Positions 26,797-35,688 of a stretch of DNA of 50,938 nucleotides are shown in pieces. Below the pieces are notes generated by a model. It was not told the origin of the DNA and ran no database searches. It worked only from the letters and a program-made list of their open reading frames with translations. The DNA is from Eubacteriales bacterium (GTDB taxonomy: Bacteria; Bacillota; Clostridia; Oscillospirales; CAG-272). The translations under genes were made by a program, and so were the position numbers. The first letter of the stretch is position 1. The number at the start of each line of letters is the position of its first letter. The stretch is from positions 1-50,938 of the forward strand of contig JAZOSE010000124.1 in NCBI GenBank assembly GCA_045656965.1, read 5' to 3'.

Positions 26797-27132
26797 ATGG
26801 GTTTTTTAGATAAACTGAAGAGCTTGAAATCAAAGAATTCGAATGCGACCGGCACAAAGCGCGCTCTTGAGCTTCACGGTCAGGTGATCAAATACGTTAC
26901 CGAGCGCGAGAATGGCAACGACAACGTGGTGGGGCGCGGCGGTTCGATTTCTGTGCGCGACAATACCTTGCTTCTTTTTTCCTCTGAGAAAATACTTTTG
27001 CGTGCCGACATTGCCGAGCTTGAAGCATCGTATCTTCTTTCGGGTGACGGCGTGGTCTTAACCGCTAAAAATCTCGAGGAGGGCGGCCGCCTTAGGTCCT
27101 ACATTGCCTATTTCGTATATCACAGAAAATAA
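26797..27132 (+). CDS. hypothetical 111-aa protein
   Basis: ATG with an AAGAGG SD, 18 nt upstream of ispD on the same strand. I recognise no family motif. Confidence 0.6.
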   Translation: MGFLDKLKSLKSKNSNATGTKRALELHGQVIKYVTERENGNDNVVGRGGSISVRDNTLLLFSSEKILLRADIAELEASYLLSGDGVVLTAKNLEEGGRLRSYIAYFVYHRK

Positions 27133-27150
27133 AAGGAAAGGGAATACCGT

Positions 27151-27906
27151 ATGAGCATTACCTACCGTATCGGTGCCGTGCTTCGCGCGTTAAAGGGCAA
27201 ACGCCGTCCTTATACGACCGCTATTATTTTGGCGGGCGGCGTTGGCAGTCGGATGCAGTCGGAGGATGGATTAACGAAGCAGCTGATGCTTCTTGACGGC
27301 ATTCCCGTTTTAATGCGTTCCGCGATCGCGTTTGAAAAATCGGAATATATAGACGAGATCGTTATCGTTTCACGCAAGGAGGAGCTTTCAAGCGTTGCTC
27401 TTTTGGCAAAGGAATACGGGCTAACGAAGCTAACGCGCATCGTATCGGGCGGAAAAACTCGCCGCCTTTCCGCGCTTCGCGGTCTGCGCTCGGTATCCAA
27501 ATGCACGAAATTCGTCGCCTTTCACGATGCCGCCCGTTGCCTTGTCACTCCGAAGACGATCGCGTCGGTCGCCTCTGCGGCATATGCCGTTCGTGCGGCA
27601 AGCGCCGGCTGTGCCTCCGTAGATACGGTGAAGCGCGTGAACGAAAATGGCTATATCGTTGAAACGCTTGACAGGGAGCACATATACAGGGCGCAAACCC
27701 CTCAGATCTTTGAGATCAATCTTTACCGAGCCGCCGCTTATTCTGCGAAGGATGACGATGGCATTACCGATGATAATATGCTCGTTGAGCGCGTCGGACA
27801 GGCGGTGAAAATGGTGGATACGGGAAATGAAAATATCAAGCTGACAACGCCGCTGGATTTTAAAATTGCGGAGGCGATATTAGCGGCGCGTCGCGAAGAA
27901 GAATAA
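27151..27906 (+). CDS. ispD: 2-C-methyl-D-erythritol 4-phosphate cytidylyltransferase IspD
   Basis: 251 aa. The N-terminal AIILAGGVGSRM nucleotide-binding motif and overall layout match IspD. Confidence 0.92.
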   Translation: MSITYRIGAVLRALKGKRRPYTTAIILAGGVGSRMQSEDGLTKQLMLLDGIPVLMRSAIAFEKSEYIDEIVIVSRKEELSSVALLAKEYGLTKLTRIVSGGKTRRLSALRGLRSVSKCTKFVAFHDAARCLVTPKTIASVASAAYAVRAASAGCASVDTVKRVNENGYIVETLDREHIYRAQTPQIFEINLYRAAAYSAKDDDGITDDNMLVERVGQAVKMVDTGNENIKLTTPLDFKIAEAILAARREEE

Positions 27907-27918
27907 AAGGAGAAGGTT

Positions 27919-28404
27919 ATGTCCTTTGATGTAAAGATCGGTCACGGGTATGACGTGCATCGTTTGGTAGAGGGAAGAAGGCTTATCCTCGGAGGCGTAT
28001 GCGTGGAGCACGAAAAGGGGCTTCTCGGTCACTCGGATGCGGACGTGCTTCTTCACGCCGTTATGGACGCGGTTCTCGGTGCATTGGGCGAAGGAGATAT
28101 CGGTCGCCATTTTCCCGATACGGATCATGCGTATAAGGATGCCGACAGTATGCTTTTGGCAAAGCGAGTTTGCGAGCTGATGAAGGAAAAGGGCTTTGGT
28201 ATCGGTAATATCGATGCGACCGTCATCGCGCAAAAGCCGAAGCTTGCCTCTTATATTCCGGAAATGAAAAAGAATATTGCTATCGTGTTTTCTGCCGACG
28301 AGTCGCTCGTGAACGTCAAGGCGACAACGGAGGAGCATCTTGGCTTTACCGGCAGAGAAGAGGGAATTGCTGCGCACGCTGTTTGTATCTGTGTGAAAAA
28401 ATAA
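27919..28404 (+). CDS. ispF: 2-C-methyl-D-erythritol 2,4-cyclodiphosphate synthase IspF
   Basis: 161 aa. IGHGYDVHRL and HSDADVLLHA motifs. Confidence 0.95.
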   Translation: MSFDVKIGHGYDVHRLVEGRRLILGGVCVEHEKGLLGHSDADVLLHAVMDAVLGALGEGDIGRHFPDTDHAYKDADSMLLAKRVCELMKEKGFGIGNIDATVIAQKPKLASYIPEMKKNIAIVFSADESLVNVKATTEEHLGFTGREEGIAAHAVCICVKK

Positions 28405-28614
28405 AAAGAGCCGCCAAGGGCAGCTCTTAAAGTATCCGTCCATACCCGTTGCTTCATACGTCTGTACGGCTTTTACGTCCTTGGGCATCTTCGGATACGG
28501 ATTTTCCTCTTATACATTGTATGAAACGGAGAGCACACCGTCACGGGTGGGGGCTTCTCCTAAAAATAAAAATCCTATGCTTTTAAGAAAGTGTAGACAA
28601 AAAGGAAGGTTTTT

Positions 28615-29256
28615 ATGACGATAATATCTCCATCAGTCTTATCCTGCGATTTTTCGCGTATGGGAGAGGAGGTCAAGGCTATTGAGGCGGCAGGTGCCGA
28701 ATGGGTCCATCTTGACGTTATGGACGGTGCGTTCGTTCCCAATATGAGCTTTAGCTTCCCTGTAATTAAATCGGTCCGTCCGCATTCCTCGCTGGTCTTT
28801 GACGTGCATCTTATGATCGAGGAGCCCATTCGCTACATCAAGGAGTTTAAAAAATCGGGTGCGGATTATATCACCGTTCATCTTGAGGCTTGCTCTGACG
28901 TTGCCGCGACCCTTGCCGCCATTCGAGAAAGCGGCGCTAAGGTCGGTCTTTCGATTAAGCCGAATACTCCCGTAGAAGCTCTTTATCCCTATCTAAATGA
29001 CTGCGATATGATCCTCATTATGACCGTTGAGCCGGGATACGGCGGCCAGGCATACATTCCATTTTGCGGCGAAAAGATCCCGCCTCTTAAAAAGGAGATA
29101 GAGCGCCGCGGTCTTAATGTTCTCATTGAGGTCGACGGTGGCATTCACGAGGGGACTGCTCCCATTGTCAGAGATGCGGGTGCTGACGTTCTCGTGGCAG
29201 GCTCTGCCGTTTTCGGAAAGCCCGACTACAAGGCGGCGATCGACGCTTTAAGATAA
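28615..29256 (+). CDS. rpe: ribulose-phosphate 3-epimerase
   Basis: 213 aa. ISPSVLSCDF, HLDVMDG, MTVEPGYGGQ and VDGG motifs. Confidence 0.95.
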   Translation: MTIISPSVLSCDFSRMGEEVKAIEAAGAEWVHLDVMDGAFVPNMSFSFPVIKSVRPHSSLVFDVHLMIEEPIRYIKEFKKSGADYITVHLEACSDVAATLAAIRESGAKVGLSIKPNTPVEALYPYLNDCDMILIMTVEPGYGGQAYIPFCGEKIPPLKKEIERRGLNVLIEVDGGIHEGTAPIVRDAGADVLVAGSAVFGKPDYKAAIDALR

Positions 29257-29350
29257 AGCGAAAAACAGTTTTCGGTCAATAAAACAGTTTGCAAAATCAA
29301 CTCATATACAAAACATACTTATGGAAGGAATCGCTTACAGCGAAAAAATT

Positions 29351-30067
29351 ATGACAGAAACGACACCGAAGTATCGCCGCGTTCTTTTAAAGCTCTCGGG
29401 AGAGGCGCTTGCCGCAGGCGGCGAGGATTTGATCAATCATGAGTTCGTTGGTAAGGTTGCCGAGGTCTTAAAGCGTTGCCTTGCCGCTAAGACTCAGGTT
29501 GCCGTTATCGTTGGCGCAGGTAACATTTGGCGCGGAAGACAGGGAAAGGATATGGACGCTACCAGAGCCGACTCTATGGGAATGCTCGCTACCGCCATCA
29601 ACGCCATAGCCCTTCAAGATGCGTTTATTACCGCAGGGATCGACGCTAAAACGATGACCGCAGTTCCTATGGAACGCTTTGCGGAAAGCTTTGAAAGAAA
29701 CAAGGCTATCTCCTATCTTGAAGAAGGAAAGGTCGTTATTTTCGGTTGCGGACTTGGCATTCCGTTTTTGTCTACGGATACCGCGGCTGCCGTGCGTGCC
29801 GCTGAGATCGGTGCGGATATCGTTTTGATGGCGAAGAATATTGATGCCATCTATACGGCAGATCCTCGCAAGGATCCCACCGCCAAGAAGCTTGAAAAAA
29901 TCTCTTACAGCGAGATTCTTTCTAAGGGTCTTACGGCGCTGGATTCTACGGCGACGGCATTCTGTATGGATCACCGCATCCCCGTTCTTGCTTTCGGTCT
30001 TTCCGATCCCGAGAACATTTACCGTGCCGTTATGGGTGAAAAGCTTGGCACCGTTATTACTGAATAA
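29351..30067 (+). CDS. pyrH: UMP kinase PyrH
   Basis: YRRVLLKLSGEAL and GAGNIWRG motifs. The ATG at 29351 gives a typical 238 aa; an in-frame ATG at 29321 is an alternative start. Confidence 0.93.
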   Translation: MTETTPKYRRVLLKLSGEALAAGGEDLINHEFVGKVAEVLKRCLAAKTQVAVIVGAGNIWRGRQGKDMDATRADSMGMLATAINAIALQDAFITAGIDAKTMTAVPMERFAESFERNKAISYLEEGKVVIFGCGLGIPFLSTDTAAAVRAAEIGADIVLMAKNIDAIYTADPRKDPTAKKLEKISYSEILSKGLTALDSTATAFCMDHRIPVLAFGLSDPENIYRAVMGEKLGTVITE

Positions 30068-30097
30068 AAACATTATAGTCATACAAGGAGAAAAATT

Positions 30098-30652
30098 ATG
30101 AAACTCGATTGCAAGCCCTTTGAAGCAAAAATGAAAAAGACTCTTGACAGCTATGCTTATACGCTGTCCACCCTTCGCGCAGGTCGCGCCAGCGCTGACG
30201 TTCTTTCTCCCATCAAGGTAGAGTATTACGGTACGCCCACCGGCATTTCCGAGATGGCTGCTGTTAAAGCAACCGACGCGCGCACGCTGACCATTCAGCC
30301 TTGGGATACCACCACGCTTAAGGATATTGAGAGAGCCATTCTTGCCTCTGACCTCGGCATCACGCCTATGAACGACGGCAAGGTCATCCGTCTTGTATTC
30401 CCCATGCTCACCGAGGAGCGCCGCAAGGAAATGGCAAAGCAGATCGCTAAATACGGTGAGGATGCCAAGGTTGCCATCCGCAACGTTCGCCGTGATGCTA
30501 ACGATGCCACCAAGGCGGCAAAGAAGAACGCTGAAATGACCGAGGATGAGGTAAAGGTCAGCGATAAGGCCGTTCAGGACCTGACCGACCGCTTCATTAA
30601 AGAGGTTGATAAGATGACCGAAGCAAAAACGAAAGAGATTATGGAGATCTGA
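30098..30652 (+). CDS. frr: ribosome recycling factor
   Basis: 184 aa. The TLRAGRAS...L..I.V.YYG pattern, LTEERRKE, and the conserved pyrH-frr adjacency. Confidence 0.96.
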   Translation: MKLDCKPFEAKMKKTLDSYAYTLSTLRAGRASADVLSPIKVEYYGTPTGISEMAAVKATDARTLTIQPWDTTTLKDIERAILASDLGITPMNDGKVIRLVFPMLTEERRKEMAKQIAKYGEDAKVAIRNVRRDANDATKAAKKNAEMTEDEVKVSDKAVQDLTDRFIKEVDKMTEAKTKEIMEI

Positions 30653-30654
30653 TC

Positions 30655-31371
30655 TTGTTTGAAAGAAAAAAGCGGAAAAAGCAAGAGGTCGCTCCCTCCA
30701 CCTTAAAGCATATTGCTTTTATTATGGACGGCAACGGCAGATGGGCAAAAAAACGCGGGCTACCGCGTGAGGCAGGGCATAAGAAGGGCGCGGATGTGTT
30801 TGAGCGCACCGTTCGCCATTGCTTTGAGCGAGGCATCGGCGTTGTGACGGTGTACGCCTTTTCCACGGAAAACTGGTCGCGCCCGAAGCACGAGGTCGAT
30901 GCTATTATGGAGCTTCTTCTTCGCTATCTCGAATATGCGGAGAAAAGCTTTAAGGACTACGACGCACGCCTATGCTTCCTTGGAGACAAATCGCCCTTGG
31001 CTCCCGCATTAAGAGAGAAGGCACAGCGCCTTGAGGAGATCACAAAGGACCGCACGCACACGCTCAATATCGCGCTTAATTACGGTGCAAGAGCGGAGAT
31101 CACGAGCGCTGTCAATAAGCTCCTTGCGGAAGGGAAGACGGCTGTTACGGAGAAGGATATCTCCGACTGCCTTTATACCGCCGCCTCGCCCGACCCCGAT
31201 CTGATCGTTCGCACGGGTGGCGATTACCGCATTTCCAATTTTCTGCTTTGGCAGGCGGCATATGCCGAATTTTACTTCACACCGACCCTTTGGCCGGATC
31301 TGACGACGAAGGAGATCGATGAGGCAATTGCCGATTTCGAGGGTCGTCACCGTCGCTTTGGCGGTCTTTGA
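30655..31371 (+). CDS. uppS: isoprenyl transferase (undecaprenyl diphosphate synthase)
   Basis: HIAFIMDGNGRWAKKRGL and RTGG..RISNFLLWQ motifs. TTG start with a GGAGA SD 7 nt upstream. Confidence 0.93.
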   Translation: MFERKKRKKQEVAPSTLKHIAFIMDGNGRWAKKRGLPREAGHKKGADVFERTVRHCFERGIGVVTVYAFSTENWSRPKHEVDAIMELLLRYLEYAEKSFKDYDARLCFLGDKSPLAPALREKAQRLEEITKDRTHTLNIALNYGARAEITSAVNKLLAEGKTAVTEKDISDCLYTAASPDPDLIVRTGGDYRISNFLLWQAAYAEFYFTPTLWPDLTTKEIDEAIADFEGRHRRFGGL

Positions 31372-31384
31372 AAGGTAATTTGAT

Positions 31385-32221
31385 ATGAAAACAAGAATTA
31401 TATCGGGCGTGATCGGTATACTCGTTCTTCTTCCCGTGCTTTACTTCTCGGGAACGGTCGTTTTGCCGATCGCCATAGCGATCCTATCCTTGATCGCAAG
31501 CATAGAAATGGCGGGCGCTCTCGCTATGAAGAGACGCTATCAGTTTCTCGTTCCCTCGCTACTTTATGCGGCGCTGCTTCCCATGCTTACGCATTTTTTG
31601 CGCGAGGAGCCGAACGGCTTTATTCGCTATGCCGCGCTTGTCACCGTTTTTTATATGCTTGTGTGTTTCACGTCTGCCGTTCTATCGAACGGAAAAATTC
31701 CTTTTTCCTTGGTGGCACAGCAGGTGCTCGGAACGGTATACGCGACTGTTGGGCTTTCTGCCGTATCTTTTCTTAGGATTCTTCCGAGCGGCGCCTACAT
31801 TTACGGGCTTGTGTTCGTTGGCGCGTGGGTGACCGATACGATGGCGTATTTTACGGGTGTTTTCCTAGGAAAGCACAAGCTTTGTCCTGCGATCTCCCCC
31901 AAAAAGACGATCGAGGGAAGCCTTGGCGGCATCGTCTTTTGCATTCTCGGCTTTATCCTTTACGCCTTTATTATGGAAAAAGCATTCGGACTTGTGCCGA
32001 ATTATCTTGCGCTTGGCGTTGCGGGTGCGCTTTCCTCCTTCGTCTCTCAAATAGGAGACCTCACCGCCTCCCTTATTAAGCGTGAGCACGGAGTTAAGGA
32101 TTTTGGAAGGCTGATGCCGGGTCACGGCGGCGTTCTTGACCGCTTTGATTCCATCATAGCTGTGGCGGCGCTTCTTGTGCTTTTCACAATGCTTCCGGAC
32201 AGCTTCGCTTTTTTCGCTTAA
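31385..32221 (+). CDS. cdsA: phosphatidate cytidylyltransferase
   Basis: 278 aa, polytopic. C-terminal signature SLIKREHGVKDFGRLMPGHGGVLDRFDS. Confidence 0.93.
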   Translation: MKTRIISGVIGILVLLPVLYFSGTVVLPIAIAILSLIASIEMAGALAMKRRYQFLVPSLLYAALLPMLTHFLREEPNGFIRYAALVTVFYMLVCFTSAVLSNGKIPFSLVAQQVLGTVYATVGLSAVSFLRILPSGAYIYGLVFVGAWVTDTMAYFTGVFLGKHKLCPAISPKKTIEGSLGGIVFCILGFILYAFIMEKAFGLVPNYLALGVAGALSSFVSQIGDLTASLIKREHGVKDFGRLMPGHGGVLDRFDSIIAVAALLVLFTMLPDSFAFFA

Positions 32222-32291
32222 ACAATAACAGCCCTGTCTTGTCTTTTTAGATAACGCAGGGCGTTTTGCAACTTTGAAAGGTGATTTTACA

Positions 32292-33461
32292 ATGAACAAA
32301 ATGCCTTTTCCCGAAGCCGTTGGCGTTCTCGGATCAACGGGCTCGGTCGGCACACAGGCTCTTGAGGTTATAGAAAGACACGGCTTGAAGGTCGATTTTT
32401 TGACCGCAAAGGGAAATGTTAAGCTTGCCGAGTCACAGCTTCGCCGTTTTTCCCCGCGCGTTATGGTTATGGCTTCAGAAGAAGCCGCAAGCGACCTTCG
32501 TGTGCGCGTTGCCGATACAAGCACGGTGGTTTTATCCTCTGAAAAAGATATTTTGGAAACGGTGAGTGCCTCTCCGGCGACGACGGTCATTCATTCCATT
32601 TTGGGCGAGGCGGGACTTTCGCCGCTTTCCGCGTGCATTGAGGCGGGCAAAACGGTGGGACTTGCCAACAAGGAATCGCTGGTTATTGGCGGTGATATCC
32701 TTTTAAAAAGAGCCAAGGAATGCTCAGCGCGCATTATTCCCGTTGACAGTGAGCACAGTGCTATATTTCAGTGCCTTGACGGAAAGAATAGGGAAGAGAT
32801 CCGTTCGCTTCTTTTGACCGCGTCGGGCGGACCTTTCTTTGGGTGCTCAAAGGATCAGCTTCGCACCGTCAGCAAGGCACAGACCTTAGCGCACCCCACT
32901 TGGAAAATGGGAGAAAAAATAACGGTTGACTCGGCGACGCTGATGAACAAGGGCTTTGAGGTGATTGAGGCAGTGCGTCTTTTCGGGGTAAAACCCGAGC
33001 AGGTGCGGGTGATCGTTCATCGCGAAAGTATAATTCACTCTGCCGTAGAATATATTGATGGTGCCGTGATCGCGCAAATGGGTGTTCCCGATATGCGCCT
33101 TTGCGTGCAATACGCACTCACCTATCCTCAGCGTGCAGAAGGCATTTCAAAGCCGCTTTCCTTGACCGACGTTGGAAGGCTGACGTTTTTTGAGCCGGAC
33201 CTTGAAGCGTTCCCGCTTCTTGATTTGGCATTTCGTGCAATTTCTCTCGGCGGCGGTGTGCCTGCGGTGCTCAATGCTGCCAACGAAATTGCGGTAGAAG
33301 CCTTTTTAGCAGAGCGCATCGGCTTTACCGATATTATGGATACCGTCTCACAGACGGTGACGGCGTTTGAAAACGCAAAAAGCGCAAGCACGCTTTCTTC
33401 TCGCATCGGCTTTGACAGGGAAGCGAGAGAGTACGCAAGAGCACTCGTTGCTCAAAAGTAA
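32292..33461 (+). CDS. dxr: 1-deoxy-D-xylulose 5-phosphate reductoisomerase
   Basis: GVLGSTGSVGTQAL NADPH motif, PVDSEHSAIFQC and NKGFEVIEA. The ATG at 32292 with an AAAGGTGA SD is preferred over the upstream non-ATG start. Confidence 0.95.
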   Translation: MNKMPFPEAVGVLGSTGSVGTQALEVIERHGLKVDFLTAKGNVKLAESQLRRFSPRVMVMASEEAASDLRVRVADTSTVVLSSEKDILETVSASPATTVIHSILGEAGLSPLSACIEAGKTVGLANKESLVIGGDILLKRAKECSARIIPVDSEHSAIFQCLDGKNREEIRSLLLTASGGPFFGCSKDQLRTVSKAQTLAHPTWKMGEKITVDSATLMNKGFEVIEAVRLFGVKPEQVRVIVHRESIIHSAVEYIDGAVIAQMGVPDMRLCVQYALTYPQRAEGISKPLSLTDVGRLTFFEPDLEAFPLLDLAFRAISLGGGVPAVLNAANEIAVEAFLAERIGFTDIMDTVSQTVTAFENAKSASTLSSRIGFDREAREYARALVAQK

Positions 33462-33486
33462 ACATTGTTTTAGAAAGTTTGGTTTT

Positions 33487-34557
33487 ATGGTTGTTATTAC
33501 GGTTTTGATATCCATTCTTGTGTTCGGTTTTCTTATATTCGTGCACGAGCTTGGGCATTTTTTAGCGGCGCGCGCCTTTGGTGTAAAGGTGTACGAATTT
33601 TCCATCGGTATGGGGCCGAAGCTCGTATGGTTTGACTCCAAAAAGAGTGGCATCCGTTATAAGATCTGCATGCTCCCCTTTGGTGGCTACGTCAGTATGG
33701 CGGCAGAAGGAGAGGACGACAGCGCTCCTTCAGACGATCCCCGTGCCATCACCAATCAGAAGCCGTGGAAGCGCTTTATCGTTATGGCGGCGGGCGGCAT
33801 CGTCAATTTGGTGGTTGGCTTTATTTTGATGTTTGCCGTGGTGTGTGGCTCTGTTATGGGCTCCACTACCGTTGCGGGCTTTCCCGACGAATTAAAGGTG
33901 GGCGAGACCTCTACCTCCGAATATTTTATGCAGGGCGACGTGATCACCGAGGTCGGTGGCAAGCGAGTCCACACGATGATGGAGCTTGACTATGAGATCA
34001 TGCGCCGCGGAATTGAGCCTGTGGAGGTCGTTTTGCTTCGTGACACCAACGGTGACGGCGAAGGGGAAGAGATCTCTTTAACTGTGACCTTTCCTACGGA
34101 GATCGAGAGCGGTCAAACGATCGGTACGCGAGATTTCCAAGTCTATGCCAAGGAAAAAACGGTAGGTAGTGTGCTAACGGACGCCTGGTTCAGCGGCACT
34201 TGCACCGTCAGAATGGTTTGGGAGTCGCTCTTTGATCTTATCACGGGCAGATACGGCGTGGAGGCGGTTAGCGGCCCCGTCGGTATTACCGAAACGATAG
34301 GAGAAACGGTCAGCTTTGGAAGGTTCATTCTCGTTTTGCGTCTCGTCTCGCTGATCAGCATCAATCTTGGCGTTGTCAATCTTTTGCCTCTTCCCGCGCT
34401 TGACGGGGGACGGCTTGTGTTCGTTTTGATCGAGATGATCGCTAAAAAGCCTGTACCGAGGGAAATTGAGGCTAGGATCCACACCATAGGTCTTCTTCTT
34501 TTCTTTGGTCTGTTTATTCTTATTACTGTTCTTGACGTTAAAAGTCTCTTTGGATAA
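33487..34557 (+). CDS. rseP: RIP metalloprotease RseP/RasP (site-2 protease, M50)
   Basis: HELGHF zinc motif in the first TM, a central PDZ-like region, and C-terminal NLLPLPALDGG. The ATG at 33487 follows the dxr stop. Confidence 0.92.
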   Translation: MVVITVLISILVFGFLIFVHELGHFLAARAFGVKVYEFSIGMGPKLVWFDSKKSGIRYKICMLPFGGYVSMAAEGEDDSAPSDDPRAITNQKPWKRFIVMAAGGIVNLVVGFILMFAVVCGSVMGSTTVAGFPDELKVGETSTSEYFMQGDVITEVGGKRVHTMMELDYEIMRRGIEPVEVVLLRDTNGDGEGEEISLTVTFPTEIESGQTIGTRDFQVYAKEKTVGSVLTDAWFSGTCTVRMVWESLFDLITGRYGVEAVSGPVGITETIGETVSFGRFILVLRLVSLISINLGVVNLLPLPALDGGRLVFVLIEMIAKKPVPREIEARIHTIGLLLFFGLFILITVLDVKSLFG

Positions 34558-34590
34558 TCTTTTGAAAACGCAAACGAAAGGAATGTCACA

Positions 34591-35688
34591 ATGAAGGAAA
34601 AGCTTGCTTCCCGCCGTGTGAGCCGACAGATCTCGGTTGGCGGAAAGCTGATCGGCGGCGGTGCGCCCGTTTCCGTTCAGTCAATGACCAATACCGATCC
34701 GCTTGATCTAAGTGCCACGCGCGCGCAGGTCCTCGCGCTTTCAAACGCGGGCTGCGATATTGTGCGCCTTGCGCTTCCCACGCTTCGTTCGGTGGAAACG
34801 GTAAAGGCGTTAAAGGCGGAGGGCATCTCGGTGCCTTTGGTTGCTGATATTCACTTTGACTATAAAATAGCTCTCGCCGCCGTGGAGGCAGGCATTGATA
34901 AAATCCGTATCAATCCCGGTAATATCGGTGACGGGGATAGGGTTCGCGCCGTTGCCGACGCTTGCCGCGCGGCAGGTGTTCCTATCCGTATCGGCGTGAA
35001 TAGCGGCTCGCTTGAAAAGTCTATTCTTGAAAAGTACGGCTCACCCACGCCCGAGGCGCTTGCGGAAAGCGCTCTTTATCACGCAGAGCTTTTAGAGGCG
35101 TGTGCCTTCAAGGATATTGCCATTTCGGTGAAGGCGTCCTCTGTTCCCGATATGATCGTGGCAAACCGCATTTTAGCTAAGGCGACGGATTACCCCCTTC
35201 ATCTCGGTGTTACCGAGGCGGGCGGCGTTGCCCAAGGCACGACGAAAAGCGCCATCGGCATTGGCACCCTTCTTTCCGAGGGAATCGGTGACACGGTGCG
35301 CGTTTCCTTGACCGCCGACCCCGTTTTAGAGGTCAAAGCGGCAAGAAATATTCTTTCTGCCTTAGATCTTCTGGAAGATAAGGGCATGGATATCATTTCC
35401 TGTCCCACCTGCGGCAGAACGAAAATTGATCTGATCCCCCTCCTTGAAGCCTTTGAAAACGAGGTGGACAGGCTCTTTCTTCGCTCCTTGCCCATCAAGG
35501 TTGCCTTTATGGGCTGTATCGTAAACGGTCCCGGAGAAGCACGTGAGGCGGACATTGGTGTTGCAGGAGGACTTGGTGAGGGCATTATATTCCGTCACGG
35601 TATCCCCGGTGAGCGTGTAAAGTCGGACGAGATCGTTCCGACCTTGATTGCAGAAATCTTAAAAATGAAAGACCGGAAAAATGGCTAA
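34591..35688 (+). CDS. ispG: 4-hydroxy-3-methylbut-2-en-1-yl diphosphate synthase IspG (GcpE)
   Basis: 365 aa. VQSMTNT, RINPGN, SCPTCGR and GCIVNGPGE motifs. Confidence 0.95.
   Translation: MKEKLASRRVSRQISVGGKLIGGGAPVSVQSMTNTDPLDLSATRAQVLALSNAGCDIVRLALPTLRSVETVKALKAEGISVPLVADIHFDYKIALAAVEAGIDKIRINPGNIGDGDRVRAVADACRAAGVPIRIGVNSGSLEKSILEKYGSPTPEALAESALYHAELLEACAFKDIAISVKASSVPDMIVANRILAKATDYPLHLGVTEAGGVAQGTTKSAIGIGTLLSEGIGDTVRVSLTADPVLEVKAARNILSALDLLEDKGMDIISCPTCGRTKIDLIPLLEAFENEVDRLFLRSLPIKVAFMGCIVNGPGEAREADIGVAGGLGEGIIFRHGIPGERVKSDEIVPTLIAEILKMKDRKNG

Noticed and set aside
28405-28614. 210-nt ispF-rpe spacer with long-range pairing (GTATCCG 28431-28437 / CGGATAC 28492-28498) and an imperfect hairpin after ispF
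   Set aside because: I recognise no riboswitch core motif. The pairing is short and could be a composite weak terminator. The evidence is insufficient to call an RNA element.
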